This document shows, piece after piece, positions 10,748-22,680 of a stretch of 64,000 nucleotides of DNA. Under the pieces are notes generated by a model. That model was given only the letters and a program-made list of their open reading frames with translations. It was not told the DNA's origin and made no database searches. Numbering within the stretch: position 1 is the stretch's first letter; the number at the start of each line of letters is the position of its first letter. The DNA comes from Azolla caroliniana. Taxonomy: Eukaryota; Plantae; Polypodiophyta. The position numbers and the translations under genes were made by a program. The DNA lies in the NCBI GenBank assembly GCA_043228905.1, contig JBHGNT010000001.1, positions 13,826,001 through 13,890,000 on the forward strand, in the 5' to 3' direction.

Positions 10748-13474
10748 TCTTGGTAGTTTGTATGGGAGCATCAAACATATAAATTTGAGAAAACCAAGTT
10801 CAATCCTGACAATGAAATAGATTTGGAATTTAGACCTCGATTTGGACTCCATTTCGACAATCTTCATTTGGACTCCATTTCGATTTGGTATACCTTGTGT
10901 TGATCATAATAGATTAGTTTATGTAGGTATCTCATGTTGTATTTTGGTCTACAAAACTCAGGGGTAGAATCAACATATTTGATATTCACGGATGTGACTC
11001 AACTTCACGTCGTTTTGAATGCCACTGTTTTCTATCATGATCCACTCTCATCTTAGAAATTTGGTCAAGGTCGGCAACATTTCACCTTAATGTTGATGTC
11101 CAAACAAAATGGATACATCAAATCTTTGAATAGTATTTCTATAGGTCCATGGGGAGATTTCACAATCAAACATTCAAAGATAGATATTATCCACCAAATT
11201 CAAGCGCATCATGAATTTCATTTATTGTTATAGTTTCTTCTTAATGTTCCTCATCCATGTCAATATAGGTCTCCTCTCTCTTGACTAGTTTCTACTATCG
11301 TCTTTGAATCAAAACACAATAGATATTACTCTTTCATAGAGAAAAGTTTGATCCGTTAAGTTATGGATTTCTAAGCTTGATCCTTTGCTCTGTGGAAATA
11401 AAGAGAAGAATTGGTTGGACTGTGAGCCAACCAACAAGACATTCCACCCATTCCCATGATATGTGCATTTAACATAGATGAGGCTATCGCATCACTACTC
11501 AAGCATTGCTCCAATTTCCTTTCTGAGTTCAATTGCCCTCACATTTGATGAGTTTCATAAATGTTACACCTCAGGAAATAAATTTTAATACCTACACCAT
11601 GGCTCACAAGCATCTTCAATATATGCATCCAAGTTCCACCAACTACCATGCAATGTCATCTACAATGAACAACCACTATTTCACCATGACCTTAGAAAAG
11701 TGAGGAGAAGAAACTACTATTAAATCTCAAATGTAAGTTCCCATCTTGAATGAAGTTATTACCCGAAGTGTTCAAGTTTCGCCAAAAATAATTTTTTGCA
11801 CAATGGCCTCAGTGATAGATAACACCCAAAAAATGTATTTATGCAATATGTGTGAGATCATCCATTGTTTCCTTATAAAGAGGGATTAATAACAACAAAG
11901 CAATGTAATGCACATCGTAAATTGATTCAAGAAATGACAATGTCAACCTACAATAAGAACCTTGCCACATGACACCACTCACCATCATTGTCGAGGTTCT
12001 TGTCGAATGACTATTTGCATCAATTAAAGATCAATTTGTAACTTTGTTTTCTAATCTTGACATCAAATGTGAATGGCTATATTTTTATTCCTATTTGCTA
12101 CAGTACAACAAACAAATTTAATATATGTCAACAGAGTTTAAGATGGGTGTATGATGACCTACATATCCCTTGTTTATGCATTTCGACTTGCAAATGCTAA
12201 AAAACTTCTACGATTCCACTAGTTGCTCTTCCGACAAGGTCAAGATCATTCTAGGAAATGTATTCCAAGCTACTATGATTAATTTAGCCTATTGTGTGAG
12301 GTACTTAATATGTTGACAATTCCGCTTGTCTTGATATTCTTTTTTGCACGCATTACTCTTGGACATGTGTTTATGTTTCATGCCACATATAACATTTGGT
12401 GCTTGTGAATTGCATCTTATGATATTCTAAAGAGCACTACGAAGTATTATTTTTTATACTTTAATGTGCTTAATAATAAGGTTCCTAGTAGGAAGAGGGT
12501 ATCCTCCAATAACCAATGCAGAAAATATAATCTAGTTATGCATATAATCTGGTTAGAAAATATAATCTAGTTATGCTACATCACTATCAGTTTTACAATT
12601 TTAATAAGTCACATCTCAGTTACAATTTTAATAAGTCGCATCGCAGTTAGAAATAAGGTTTGAGTTAAATCATTGGTTGTCCAAATCAAGATTAAATGGT
12701 GATTGAATTTGATTTACCCTAAAAATGTGTCCCATTAAACTTTAAAAGTTGACACTAGGGTTGCCTTATAGAACAACAAAATGTCTCTTTAATATCTTAA
12801 GACACCATTTCACTTGATAACAAGAAGAAAACTATCCCTAGGAGTAGTCTCTTGGTTTTAATCAAGGGGCTCTTTTGATATTGCAAAATCATTCAAGAGT
12901 ATAGTGAGTGATATCATTTATTTACATAAAAGCAATATAAATTACTTCAATTATAAAAGGGGCATTTATGATATTTCCTTTTAAAATATCATAAGAACAT
13001 TACTTCAAACAATATAGCATTCATGATATTTCCATTTAAAACATTATAAGAGTTATACATAGAAAGCATATGTATGTGTGGAAACTTGTCAACCATTGTA
13101 TAAAACATGGAACTAAAACATATAACTTTGGCAATGACCCTTTTAAACAAAAGACATCTTGCAAAAAGAGTGGATGACCAATGACCAAACAACTAGCTAA
13201 AAAATAAATTGTTCTATTAAATTCATAGTGTTACTTGTATTAAGATATTAAGTGGCATTAGAGTGTTACCATTATTGAGATAATTTAAAAAAGAGGGAAT
13301 GGGATGTTTGAAGTTTAAACACTCTTAAGATCTTAATTTTCAAATCTAGCATGGCTTACTCATGCGTCTTCAATTTTGAGTCTGTTCAAACTTGGGCAAT
13401 GGGATTATGGAATTTCACATAACAGTAATTGGCTCAGTATTTTAGAGTAACTTTGAAGAAATATAATATTAATC

Positions 13475-13591
13475 TACATTAAGGGACAAAACACTACAAT
13501 ATCGCCCATGTGGATGAGCTATATATGCACATACATTAAGGGACAAAACACTACAATATGGCCCATGTGCATGAGCTATATATGCACATAC
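13475..13591. repeat. 57-bp tandem duplication downstream of the glycine-rich gene
   Basis: TACATTAAGGGACAAAACACTACAATAT...ATATATGCACA occurs twice with 2 mismatches. Confidence 0.9.
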
Positions 13592-13882
13592 TTGTCAAAA
13601 CCTCTACATGCGGCCCATATGAGCACCTCTACATTCAACAAACACCACTATACTACAACCGAAGTGTTGTAGTGCAGCCAAATATACTATTTATTTGATC
13701 ACATCTAAACTCGTAAACATCATCTAACCTGTGTCAAATCAAATCAAATGAGAGACTTAGGAAATGGGGAATCCCTGAGTATATATAGGTTAAAGCCACA
13801 ACTTATAAAACATAGGTTGATAATATGAAAAGGTAGGATGAACATGGGAACTCGGGCATACATTACCATGTGATCCAAGGCC

Positions 13883-14221
13883 CTAATGGTGCCCATTCCC
13901 TTTGTCACCACGTCCACCATCCCCACCTTTTCCTCCATGATTTCCCTCATTGTCATGGCCACCATTTCCTGATCCATAACCACCTCCATTATGGTGATCC
14001 TTGTCATGGTCATCATAGCCACCTCCATTATGGTGATCCTTGTCATGGTCACCGTAGCCACCTCCACCATGGCCTCCTTTAGAGCCCTCCCCATAGCCAC
14101 CTTTGCCTCCGTGGTTCTCCTCATCATCTTTACCAATAGTGGGCACGATATGAAATGCCTCAACAAGCAAAAGAACTATCAGTATCATCCCAAACATGGA
14201 CAAAGCTCCTTGTCTAGCCAT
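13883..14221 (-). CDS. Secreted glycine/histidine/aspartate-rich protein (112 aa, intronless), likely cell-wall or stress-related GRP
   Basis: MARQGALSMFGMILIVLLLVEAFHIVPTIG is a signal-peptide-like hydrophobic N-terminus, followed by GGGY(G/D)DHDKDHHN repeats. The ORF is uninterrupted, with TATATAAA ~60 nt upstream and a GA-rich 5' UTR. Confidence 0.85.
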   Translation of the reverse strand: MARQGALSMFGMILIVLLLVEAFHIVPTIGKDDEENHGGKGGYGEGSKGGHGGGGYGDHDKDHHNGGGYDDHDKDHHNGGGYGSGNGGHDNEGNHGGKGGDGGRGDKGNGHH

Positions 14222-14280
14222 CTCTCTCTCTCTCTCTCTGTGCGTGTTTCTTGTTTTCACCATTGAGCCTCACATGTGCA

Positions 14281-14288
14281 TTTATATA
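14281..14288 (-). promoter_or_regulatory. TATA box of the glycine-rich protein gene
   Basis: Minus-strand CTATATAAAT, 60 nt upstream of the ATG at 14221. Confidence 0.65.
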
Positions 14289-16349
14289 GGCCATAGTCAA
14301 CTTTCCTAAATCGTAGCTCATGCTCTAAATTAGAAACATTGGACTTTTTTGGATATGTTTAATGCATGCGATAGTCAAATCTATATCCATCAAAATCTGC
14401 ATCCCCGCTGCTAGTCAAAACCTTATCTCTTAAGCTTGTGCATATAAATTATAACCATGTATGTTGGAGGGGCTTGGTACCAATATCATCACCATGTAGA
14501 CTATTCCTATTTCTCTAGCCTTATCTTTCTCACCTTGGTGGATGGCATTTGTATGAAACGCTTGTTTTTTATCCTATTCGGGACTGAATTCTTTCCTTCC
14601 TATACCTCACATTTGTGGTTTCAAATCTCACTTGATGATCGTCTATGAACTTTGCTAGTGAGAAACAAATCTCCTAACTTTCAAATATGAAGTGGATATC
14701 AACCTTCGCCGATTAGAAAACCACGTTGTTGATGGATCTTTTGATTACATTCTTTCAAGTTTAACTCCTCCTACTAACAACATCGTCATGCCCATGATGT
14801 GACACACTTTGGAGCTCAATAATTCGTGAAATTATTGTGTGTATTTTCCCATTTGCACAACCGTCTTTGTTGTTGTACATAGATAACATAGAAATTGGAG
14901 ATGTACTAGCACTCTATTGCAAATGCGCATGTGGCTAGTTCTATGGACACTCCATGGCATTAATGTTCCTCCTTGCTCATACAGTGTGGCATAACTTATG
15001 CAACAGTTGAGAAATGTATTAACCTCACCAATTTATTGCGGGGAAAACCCAAATGATCTACTACCTCGAATTGAATAAGTTTACCCCCATCCATTTCATT
15101 ATGGGGTTCCCTTCAATGTGAAGTGATGATTACCTTTTAAGCCAATATGTTTAGAAGCATCATGGAAATATTTGCCTTGTGCTTCATCATTAATTAAGAT
15201 CAATTAATATTTATATTCACTAGTGAAAATGACCTTTTTTCAAGGAAATGCTTGGCCATGTTACATAGGTTTTCTTCTCCTTATTATGTGAGGCCTTCAA
15301 ATTCTCCTTGTGAATCACGCATTGGAATCACGCATTGGACAAGGTTTTTGTTGTTGAGAAATCAAGAGTTGTGGCCTAACTTTGAAATAGTCATCGTTCA
15401 TCTTTACTGACCTTCATTGATTTCTTGGGGAACTTGTTCCCTCACGTTACATACCACCATTTCGTCTCCTTCGGATTATAAAAATTGATTGTTGATGTTT
15501 GATCAACCTTGAATTTCACTACAGCTCAACCAACTCCATTATTGACCTTTATTTCATCATTAATCACTGTATCAACTTCTTTTACATTAGGGCCGGATCA
15601 CGTTTCCCTTTATTCATTGAAATTAGAATCCTTTTCTTCATTTACTTGGTATGCACCACGACAACATAATGGACTTGCCAATAATGTATGAGCACCTCAT
15701 TGTACCCCTTAGTAATGACACCGAGTAGTGATGTACTCGTCCATGAAAATGCACACCCAATGTGTTGAGTACCAAATTTTTGGATAACTTTTTGTGTTAG
15801 ATTTTAACTCTCATTTGGAAAAGTCATTTATAAGCATAGTTATTGTTCTACCTTGCAAGAGTTCATTTCTTTGTTTTAAAAGTGGAAACACAATCTTTAC
15901 TCTCCAATGTTAAATGTACGAAACATTCTTGTCTTCTACAATATTTCGAACAACCACAAAGCTTGCATGGGCTTAACAATCCCGTACTACCAAAGAAGGG
16001 AGTACATGTATGTTGGACACACTTATATGTATGGATGGAATTGAAATATTCCATAGCTATTTTAGGATGGCCTTAAATTTCCTCGCCTAAAAATAGGTAT
16101 CTTCGTAGACATATGGACAAGTAGGCTATATTTCCTTTATAGGAATTTCACTTTCGAAATGTCTAAAATTACAATGTGTGTGAGTTCTCACCTAATAGAA
16201 GGGGACGCTCGTTGGTGAGAAAGACATCCCATATTTATATGTCTTATTAATCATTATTTGGCCACGAGAGGGTTGTTGAATACATGCTTGAGGTTCAAAA
16301 AAGTCCCTCACATCGACTCCTTAGAATTGCATGTAAAGCAAGCAAAACT

Positions 16350-19300
16350 TGTTAGGAATATGTCACTCCTATGGGAGGAGTCGATTGGTCGGGCTGAGGC
16401 CCGACATTTGAAGACAAAGAGTGGCCGACTGGTCAGGCCGAGAGCGAAAAGTCGAAGACAAGGAGTGGCCGATTGGTTGGGCCGAGAATCGACAATCGAT
16501 GACAAGGAGAGTCGACTACATAGTACAAGTGATCCAAGTCGAATACACGACCGGCTAGTTGTGCCGACCGGATGGTCGACGACAAGGCCGACTAGACAGT
16601 CAGTGTAGGAGTCGGCTAGACGAATCGACGAGCCAACTGGTCGACTGATGAAACTGTTATTAGTATAGAAAATAGGAAGATAGTAGTAGAGGCTACATTA
16701 AATGTAAACCCCATACTGTGTATAAGTATAAATACACTTAGGGAAAAAAGAGAGTAGAAAAGAAGTGTAGAGTAGTGGTGTAGTTTCTGTAGTAGAGAGT
16801 TACAACGAGGACCTGTTCTCCTATGGTTTTCCTCGTTTAGGGTTTCCATGTAAAACTGTGTGTGTTGCATATCTTTGTTTATTTTTGTTGTTCTCTGTTC
16901 CGAGCTATGTATTTCTGGGTATCTTTCGGTGAGATTTACGATCCCATCTCTACAAACTGGTGTCAGAGCTTGAGGTGCAAGCATGGAAGGAGGTGTGAAT
17001 GGCTTCCCATGTATGATAGTTCTAAACTCTCAGAACAATGCAGACTGGAAGATAAAAATGGAAGACCTTCTCATAGTCAAAGATGTATACGAGCCCATCG
17101 ACATAGCAGAAATAGCCACGAGGGTATTAGAGTTTGAATGGAAACTTCTAAACAAAAAGGTGGTGGCCACCATCGGATAGTGCGTCGATGTAAGTGTCCT
17201 TCTGCATGTGGCGAACAACACAAATGCCTACGAGATGTGGCAGAAATTGTCAGGTCTGTATGAGAGGAAGAATGCCGTCAACAAAACATCATTGATGAGA
17301 AAGATTGTGAGGCTGAAATACAAGGATAGAGAAAGCATAATGGAGCACGTAAGCACATTCATGGGGTATGTGAGCCAACTTGTGGCAGCCAAGTTCATTT
17401 TGATGATGCTATGTAGGCCATCCTACTAATGTGTACCCTGTCAGATAGTCGGGAGAACTTGGTGGTGACTCTCAGCACCTCGTGTCAAGAAGACAACTTG
17501 TCTCTACAAACGGTAAAAACAAGCATCTTGGACAAGGAGAGACGGAGGAAGGAGAAGGGTGTCCTGTCCCAGTCGGAGTAAAACTTGACTCAACATACCG
17601 GCAGAGGAAGGAACCGGCAAAGAAGTCCACAAAGAATGGACAAGTCCCATGCCAAATCCAAGTACCTAGGCAAACTAACATGCTTCTATTGTGGAAAGCC
17701 TAGACACTTCCAAAAGGACTGCTGACACCTAAAGAAGGACAAAGGTGTTGGTAATGATGTTGAACCTAGGAACATCCCTGATGAAAAGGGCACATCAGCC
17801 GTAGCTACGAGTGCAGAGGAGATCTTATTCATTTGTGAGTAGGCAGAGTCTTGCAAGTAAAGAGTGTACCTAGGTAATCAAGTTGGGTGTATCCTTCCAT
17901 ATAACTCCATCGAGAGAGTGTTTCTCGACTTACACAACTGGTGATCATGGCTATGCAAAGATGGGAGATAATGGGGAATGCAAGATAGCTGGCATAGGAA
18001 GTGTAAGCTTGATGACGTCGACAAGTTGTCGACTGACCCTGAGGGAAGTTCGACATGTCTCCAATATCATATTGAATCTGATATCGACTGGAAGGTTGGA
18101 TGACAAAGGCTACAATATTAGCTTTTGAAACGGCAAGTGGAAGTTCTGCCAAGGAAACATCATAGTGGCCCGAGCACAGAAAGAGAGCATGTTGTATATG
18201 ATGCATGCCCGATTGTGCAAGTCGGAAGTGAATAGACTATTCAACATCCGGTAGGAGGGGGAAGATATGAAGTCAATATTGTATGCACCGACAGTCAGCT
18301 CCTTAATGTACGCGATGGTCACAACACGGTTGCACATAGCTTATGTCGTACGAGTCGTTAACAGATTTATGCACAACCCTGGCCGAGCATGTATTCAAAT
18401 ACTTGGTGTGCACACAAAACCTTGGCATCATCTTCGGCCCGAACAAGAACTCAAGCGTAGTCGGCTTCATGACTCAGACTTTGCCGGTTATGTGGACAAC
18501 TGAAAGTCAACAATTGGTTATTTCTTCCAATTCGGCACTGGAGCAATATCATGGAAGTCAAAACTACAAGAGTGCATGGCCACCTCCACCACCGAGATTG
18601 AATATGTAGTCGCGTTGATGCGGGGAAAGAAGCTTTATGGCTCGGTCAATTGGCATGCACATTTCGGCAAGCTTATACGAATTCGGCTCCAGTTGTCTAC
18701 AACATTTGTCGAAGAATCTGGTTCATCATAACGCCTCAAAGCATATCAAAGTTCGATATCACTTCGTTTGGGATTGCATAACCAAAGGAAAGTTTGACCT
18801 GGAGAAGATCTCCACGGTTGACAATGTTGCAAATGGGATGACCAAATGTCTTTCGGTTGCCTGATTCGGTCATTAAGGCACCATATGGGTGTAAAAGGAA
18901 TGGGTCCAGTCAATTCAGATATTGTGGCTTCAACTCAATTGACTAGGACACAGAGATGAATTCAGCATTCAACATTACTTGGGACAATTGATCCAGCTCC
19001 AGTAAATAGAACTCGTTGATTCAACTCCGGTTATTTGGCCCATGCCAATTGAGGAGAACACTCGATCAACTTGTCATCTCCTTGTATATTCTATATCGTG
19101 TTTCTATTGTCTATTACAAATTCTTTGATGTATATGCCCACTACGGGGGAGTGTCGAATACGGGTATATAATGACCATATTCACATTGTCCCATTTGGAC
19201 AAACTAGACTAAGGCATATTTGTAATATGATCAAAGGGCAGTTGTCCTAACTCAGTTAATATATAATTGAGTTTGTAACTAGTTTGTAGAGAGATGTTAT

Positions 19301-19477
19301 CATTCATTGTGTTGTAAGCTTTCAATAAAACAGTTACAATTTGTGCCTCTGTCTCTGTCTCTGTCTCTCTCTCGAGCTCACTCTATCTTGATCTTGTATT
19401 TTGGTTAAGTTGTCTTGCAACTATCGGCTTTAATCCATTCATCTTGTTAATCTATCATCAACTTGTGTTCTTCAACA
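16350..19477 (+). mobile_element. Degenerate, internally deleted, chimeric Copia: 5' LTR 16350-16954, PBS 16958-16969, gag-protease, RT end/RNase H, dissimilar 3' LTR 19152-19477
   Basis: PBS TGGTGTCAGAGC. The gag (NADWKIKMEDLLIV...NAYEMWQKLSGLYERKN) matches the 36010 element. The 3' part (YAPTVSSLMYAMV, HHNASKHI), the PPT TACGGGGGAG and the LTR start TGTCGAATACG match the 43690 element. Confidence 0.8.
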
Positions 19478-19869
19478 CCTAACTATTGTTTCTGTTTCCG
19501 CATTGACGGCTATTGTAAGCGGCGTTAGAGTGTGGAACAAAACCAACACTCTTTGAGATGAAGATCTTCAGAGGGTACAAGGAAACGGATTTTGAACACA
19601 AGACAACTGAATCGTTAGACAAGATCAACAAGAAAGATAGAGAAAAGTACACCAAAATAGGCACAAATAAGATGTAACTATATTATCACTCTTAAAGTTA
19701 CAATGGCACAATATACAGAATGAACAACCACAAAACTAGGTTACAAAAGTCAGTTTAAATACAAACTGACTTAGGGCAATTGCCCTTCCCACTATTTATA
19801 GAAATAGCCTAAACCTAGTGTGTCCAATGGGACAGTGTGAATACGACCATTATATACCCGTATTGGATA
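19478..19869 (-). mobile_element. LTR fragment of the same family as 19152-19477, in inverted orientation
   Basis: The reverse complement reads ...CAATACGGGTATATAATGGTCGTATTCACACTGTCCCATTGGACA..., matching 19155-19200 and 54495-54545. Confidence 0.75.
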
Positions 19870-20041
19870 ACGGCCTCACCTACAACACCTTCATGATGCA
19901 TCACTAGATTCCTTTGTAAACATTGAGGCTTTTTTGCAACATCAATGTATCATGACATGGGGAAAATGTGGAGGTTCATGTTTCACACATTATACTACAC
20001 ATGTTGCACCTAACTACAAAATCATATTCTTTGTCAAACTA

Positions 20042-20329
20042 TAGGAATCAACAATGGCTCAGCTCAAGCCTGAACCGAAATGTTAAACCGTTTTTAAATG
20101 GTTTCATGGTTTGATAGTTCGGTTTAGGCTTCAAATTCCTTAATCGGTTTGAGGTTTGGGATGGCTCAAGCTGAAACAAACCAATTTGGGCCAAACCGCT
20201 TAAGGCTTAATCGGCTTGGCTATACCAACTCCTAACCCAGTTTAGGCCAAACTGATTTAGAACCGGTTTGGTTCAAGTTTGGAAACTCCCAAACTGGTAA
20301 AGCCGAAACCGAACCATTGTCAATTCCTA
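20042..20329. mobile_element. MITE, probably hAT-derived, with ~16-bp TIRs
   Basis: TAGGAATCAACAATGG at the left and CCATTGTCAATTCCTA at the right. Many AAACCG/CGGTTT subterminal motifs. It interrupts LINE copy 2, and the putative 8-bp TSD is degenerate (TCAAACTA/TTGAATGG). Confidence 0.75.
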
Positions 20330-21199
20330 TTGAATGGGGAAACCATGCACATCGATACATGTTAGAGCCCATCCCGTTGTCTGTCTTCCGAACCATTGCT
20401 TCCATACGAATTAGTTCGCACTCAATGCAATGTGAAACGAGGTGTTGGGGCACAATTGGTGAGAATGGTTGGTTATGCACACTTTGTCTGAAATAAATTT
20501 GGGAGTCTGAGTATCACACTTTGATACAATGCTCTACCTTCGATCATGTTTGACAATGCTTGCCACACATCTTTGACCAAACCCAATCCTTGCATAAATT
20601 TCTCTCACAATCACAATGTGCACTCTCGATTGCAACATTCATTGGTAAAGTTCTTGAACATCGAGAGTCGCTACTCACTTTCGCATGTATTATGTGAAAT
20701 GTAATATTTTTTGGTTTTATGGCTCATATTTTACCTCCGAAGACAATAATAGAATGTATTTATCTATCTATCTATCTATCTTCTTTCCTTCCTAAAACAC
20801 CTTTGCATTTTTATGCGCCGTTGTGACACTATTTTTTAAAAATTGGTCATTGTGCGACACCTTTCTTGTGCACGTCATTTAGCAACCCATTCCAATATGG
20901 AAACCTCACATAAACTCAATGTGAAGCTTTAAATGTCGCTTTGTGATGTGCTTTAGCAAAGAGGGGGATGTTTCTAATATCCCATTCTGTTGTAGTGTTG
21001 CTTGGCCTAACAAGAATGTGTATATGTAGGTTTCATAGAAAAAACAAGAGTTTTCAAGCTTATAGATAATCATGCAAAGAAGCCTTTTGTGTGAAGCCTA
21101 TAGGAAAACACTAGGCTCATCAATTGTATGCTAACCATAGGAAGAGTCTTTTTATAAAAGAAGTTTTTAGTGGTAATCTCCAAGATGCTTGTTGTGAAC

Positions 21200-21965
21200 A
21201 GTAAAGCATATGCTTTACTTTAAATAAGGATGAGTGATAATGATTGGAGGTGGTTGAGCAGATTTTCATAAGGAGAGGAGAGAGTGCATTCATGTTTACT
21301 TCTGTAAGTTTAAGCTATTGGGGATACTCGATGACAGTGAGATGGTTGATGTGGCCTTGAGGAAGCTGTTTTTTTTGTTTTTTTATCAAGATGAGTGATT
21401 ATGGTGTGGGAGCTGAAGCAAATTTTCATGAGTACATGAGAAACAATTTTTAAACTCATTTGTTGTGCTATCCATATAGGATTTCACTGATAATCAACGA
21501 CATGGCGAGATGGTCGGCGAGATGGTCGGCGAGATGGTTGGCGAGATGGTTGATGTCGATTGAATGAAGCAGGTTTTATTTTTCATTATGATGATTGATG
21601 ATGGCAGTGGGGATTGAAGCATGTTTCCATGAGGAGAGGATGAGTGATGATGGTGCGGCAGCCGAAGCATATCATGAGGAGCTGTGGAAAGCGTTTAGAC
21701 TCATTTTTTTGTTGTTTTTTACAGGCCATTGGTGGTAATCAGCGAGATGTTTGATGCAAACTAAATGAAGCAGTTTTTTGTTTTGAGATAAGGATGAGTG
21801 AGAAGCATAATTTCTTGACGAAGCATGTTTTATATTTTTCATTAGGATGACTGATGATGGCGGTAGGGATTGAAGCATATTTCCATGAGAAAATGATGCA
21901 TGATGATGGTGCAAGGGCCGAAATGAAGCAAATTTTTGTTTTGGGATAAGGATGAGTGAAGATGT
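21200..21965 (+). repeat. Degenerate tandem-repeat region (GATGAGTGA...GAAGCA units), including 12-bp GGCGAGATGGTC x4 at ~21504-21552
   Basis: Recurring GATGGTTGATGT, GAAGCAG(T)TTT and GATGAGTGA blocks. Confidence 0.6.
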
Positions 21966-22059
21966 TGTGGGGGTCGAAGGACATTTTCTTGAGGAGATGA
22001 CAACACGTTATTATTATGTTGTTAGACGTAGCTGAGTTTGGTGGGAATCGTCGACATGG

Positions 22060-22680
22060 TTGCACCGTATTTATTCAAATTGTAGAAGTTGTGAACAATC
22101 TGATCTATTTCAATATGTAGTACAAGATTATGCTTTCTCTCTTGGAGGAAAAAATAGCTTGTTGTACACACATGTTGAAGAAATGAGTTTACTGAATCCT
22201 TTTAGCATGGTTTATGGGAGATGTGGAATGCCATATGAAGGTAGCAAACTGCATAAAAAACTGAAGGAATGATGAGTAAATACATGATTCACCACATCAT
22301 TTATGGTCCTTATCAAAGGTTGTTATTAAGTGGACTTGAAAATACCTCGAGGGAGTGTCTACTTACCAAGATACAACTTCATGGAATGTTGTAAAGATCC
22401 TAGCAAACAGACTCTTCAGTGGTCTTATGATTTCGGTGGCAACAATGCATCGATACCAACCATTGGAATTCATCGACAAAGTTTCGATCAGATTGCAAGG
22501 ATTTCTAATGGTGGTAGTTTGCTAATCAAAATGAGAGACAGAATGCTTAGCAATATATTTGGCATAGACTCCATTAATAAAGGTCATTGGTGGTAATTCC
22601 TTGATTAATATGGATGTTAAAGGTGGTTGGATTGCTAAAGCTACATGATTGTTCGAGAGGTTTTCACTTAAATATGTTGC
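22060..22680 (+). pseudogene. Possible highly degraded PPR-gene fragment
   Basis: Frame fragments TTSWNVV (~22375) and SLINMDVKGGWIAKAT*LFERF (~22598-22665) resemble PLS-PPR motifs (SWN..I; LIDMYxKCG...A..LF). Many stops. Confidence 0.3.

Larger units (their letters stand above)
16257..20780 (+). mobile_element. RTE/RTEX-like LINE (copy 2, 3' part), in pieces 16257-16349, ~19882-20041 and 20330-20780
   Basis: Nucleotide colinearity with 4015-4105, 4190-4318, 6600-6695 and 10252-10592. Ends in (TATC)n. Confidence 0.8.

Noticed and set aside
10800-12450. Possible very old coding or TE remnant on minus
   Set aside because: No ORF or recognisable motif could be supported by eye.
13744-14266. 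Alternative His-rich or Met/Val-rich ORFs (13870-14082 +, 13744-14166 -, 13991-14266 +) and the longer start at 14263
   Set aside because: These are shadow frames of the low-complexity GRP. The upstream ATG is too close to the TATA box and adds only GA-repeat-encoded residues before the signal peptide.
14800-16200. Possible Mutator-like transposase remnant on minus (HTYKCVQHTC resembles a MuDR HTC motif)
   Set aside because: Only one short motif, and no catalytic core or TIRs could be reconstructed.
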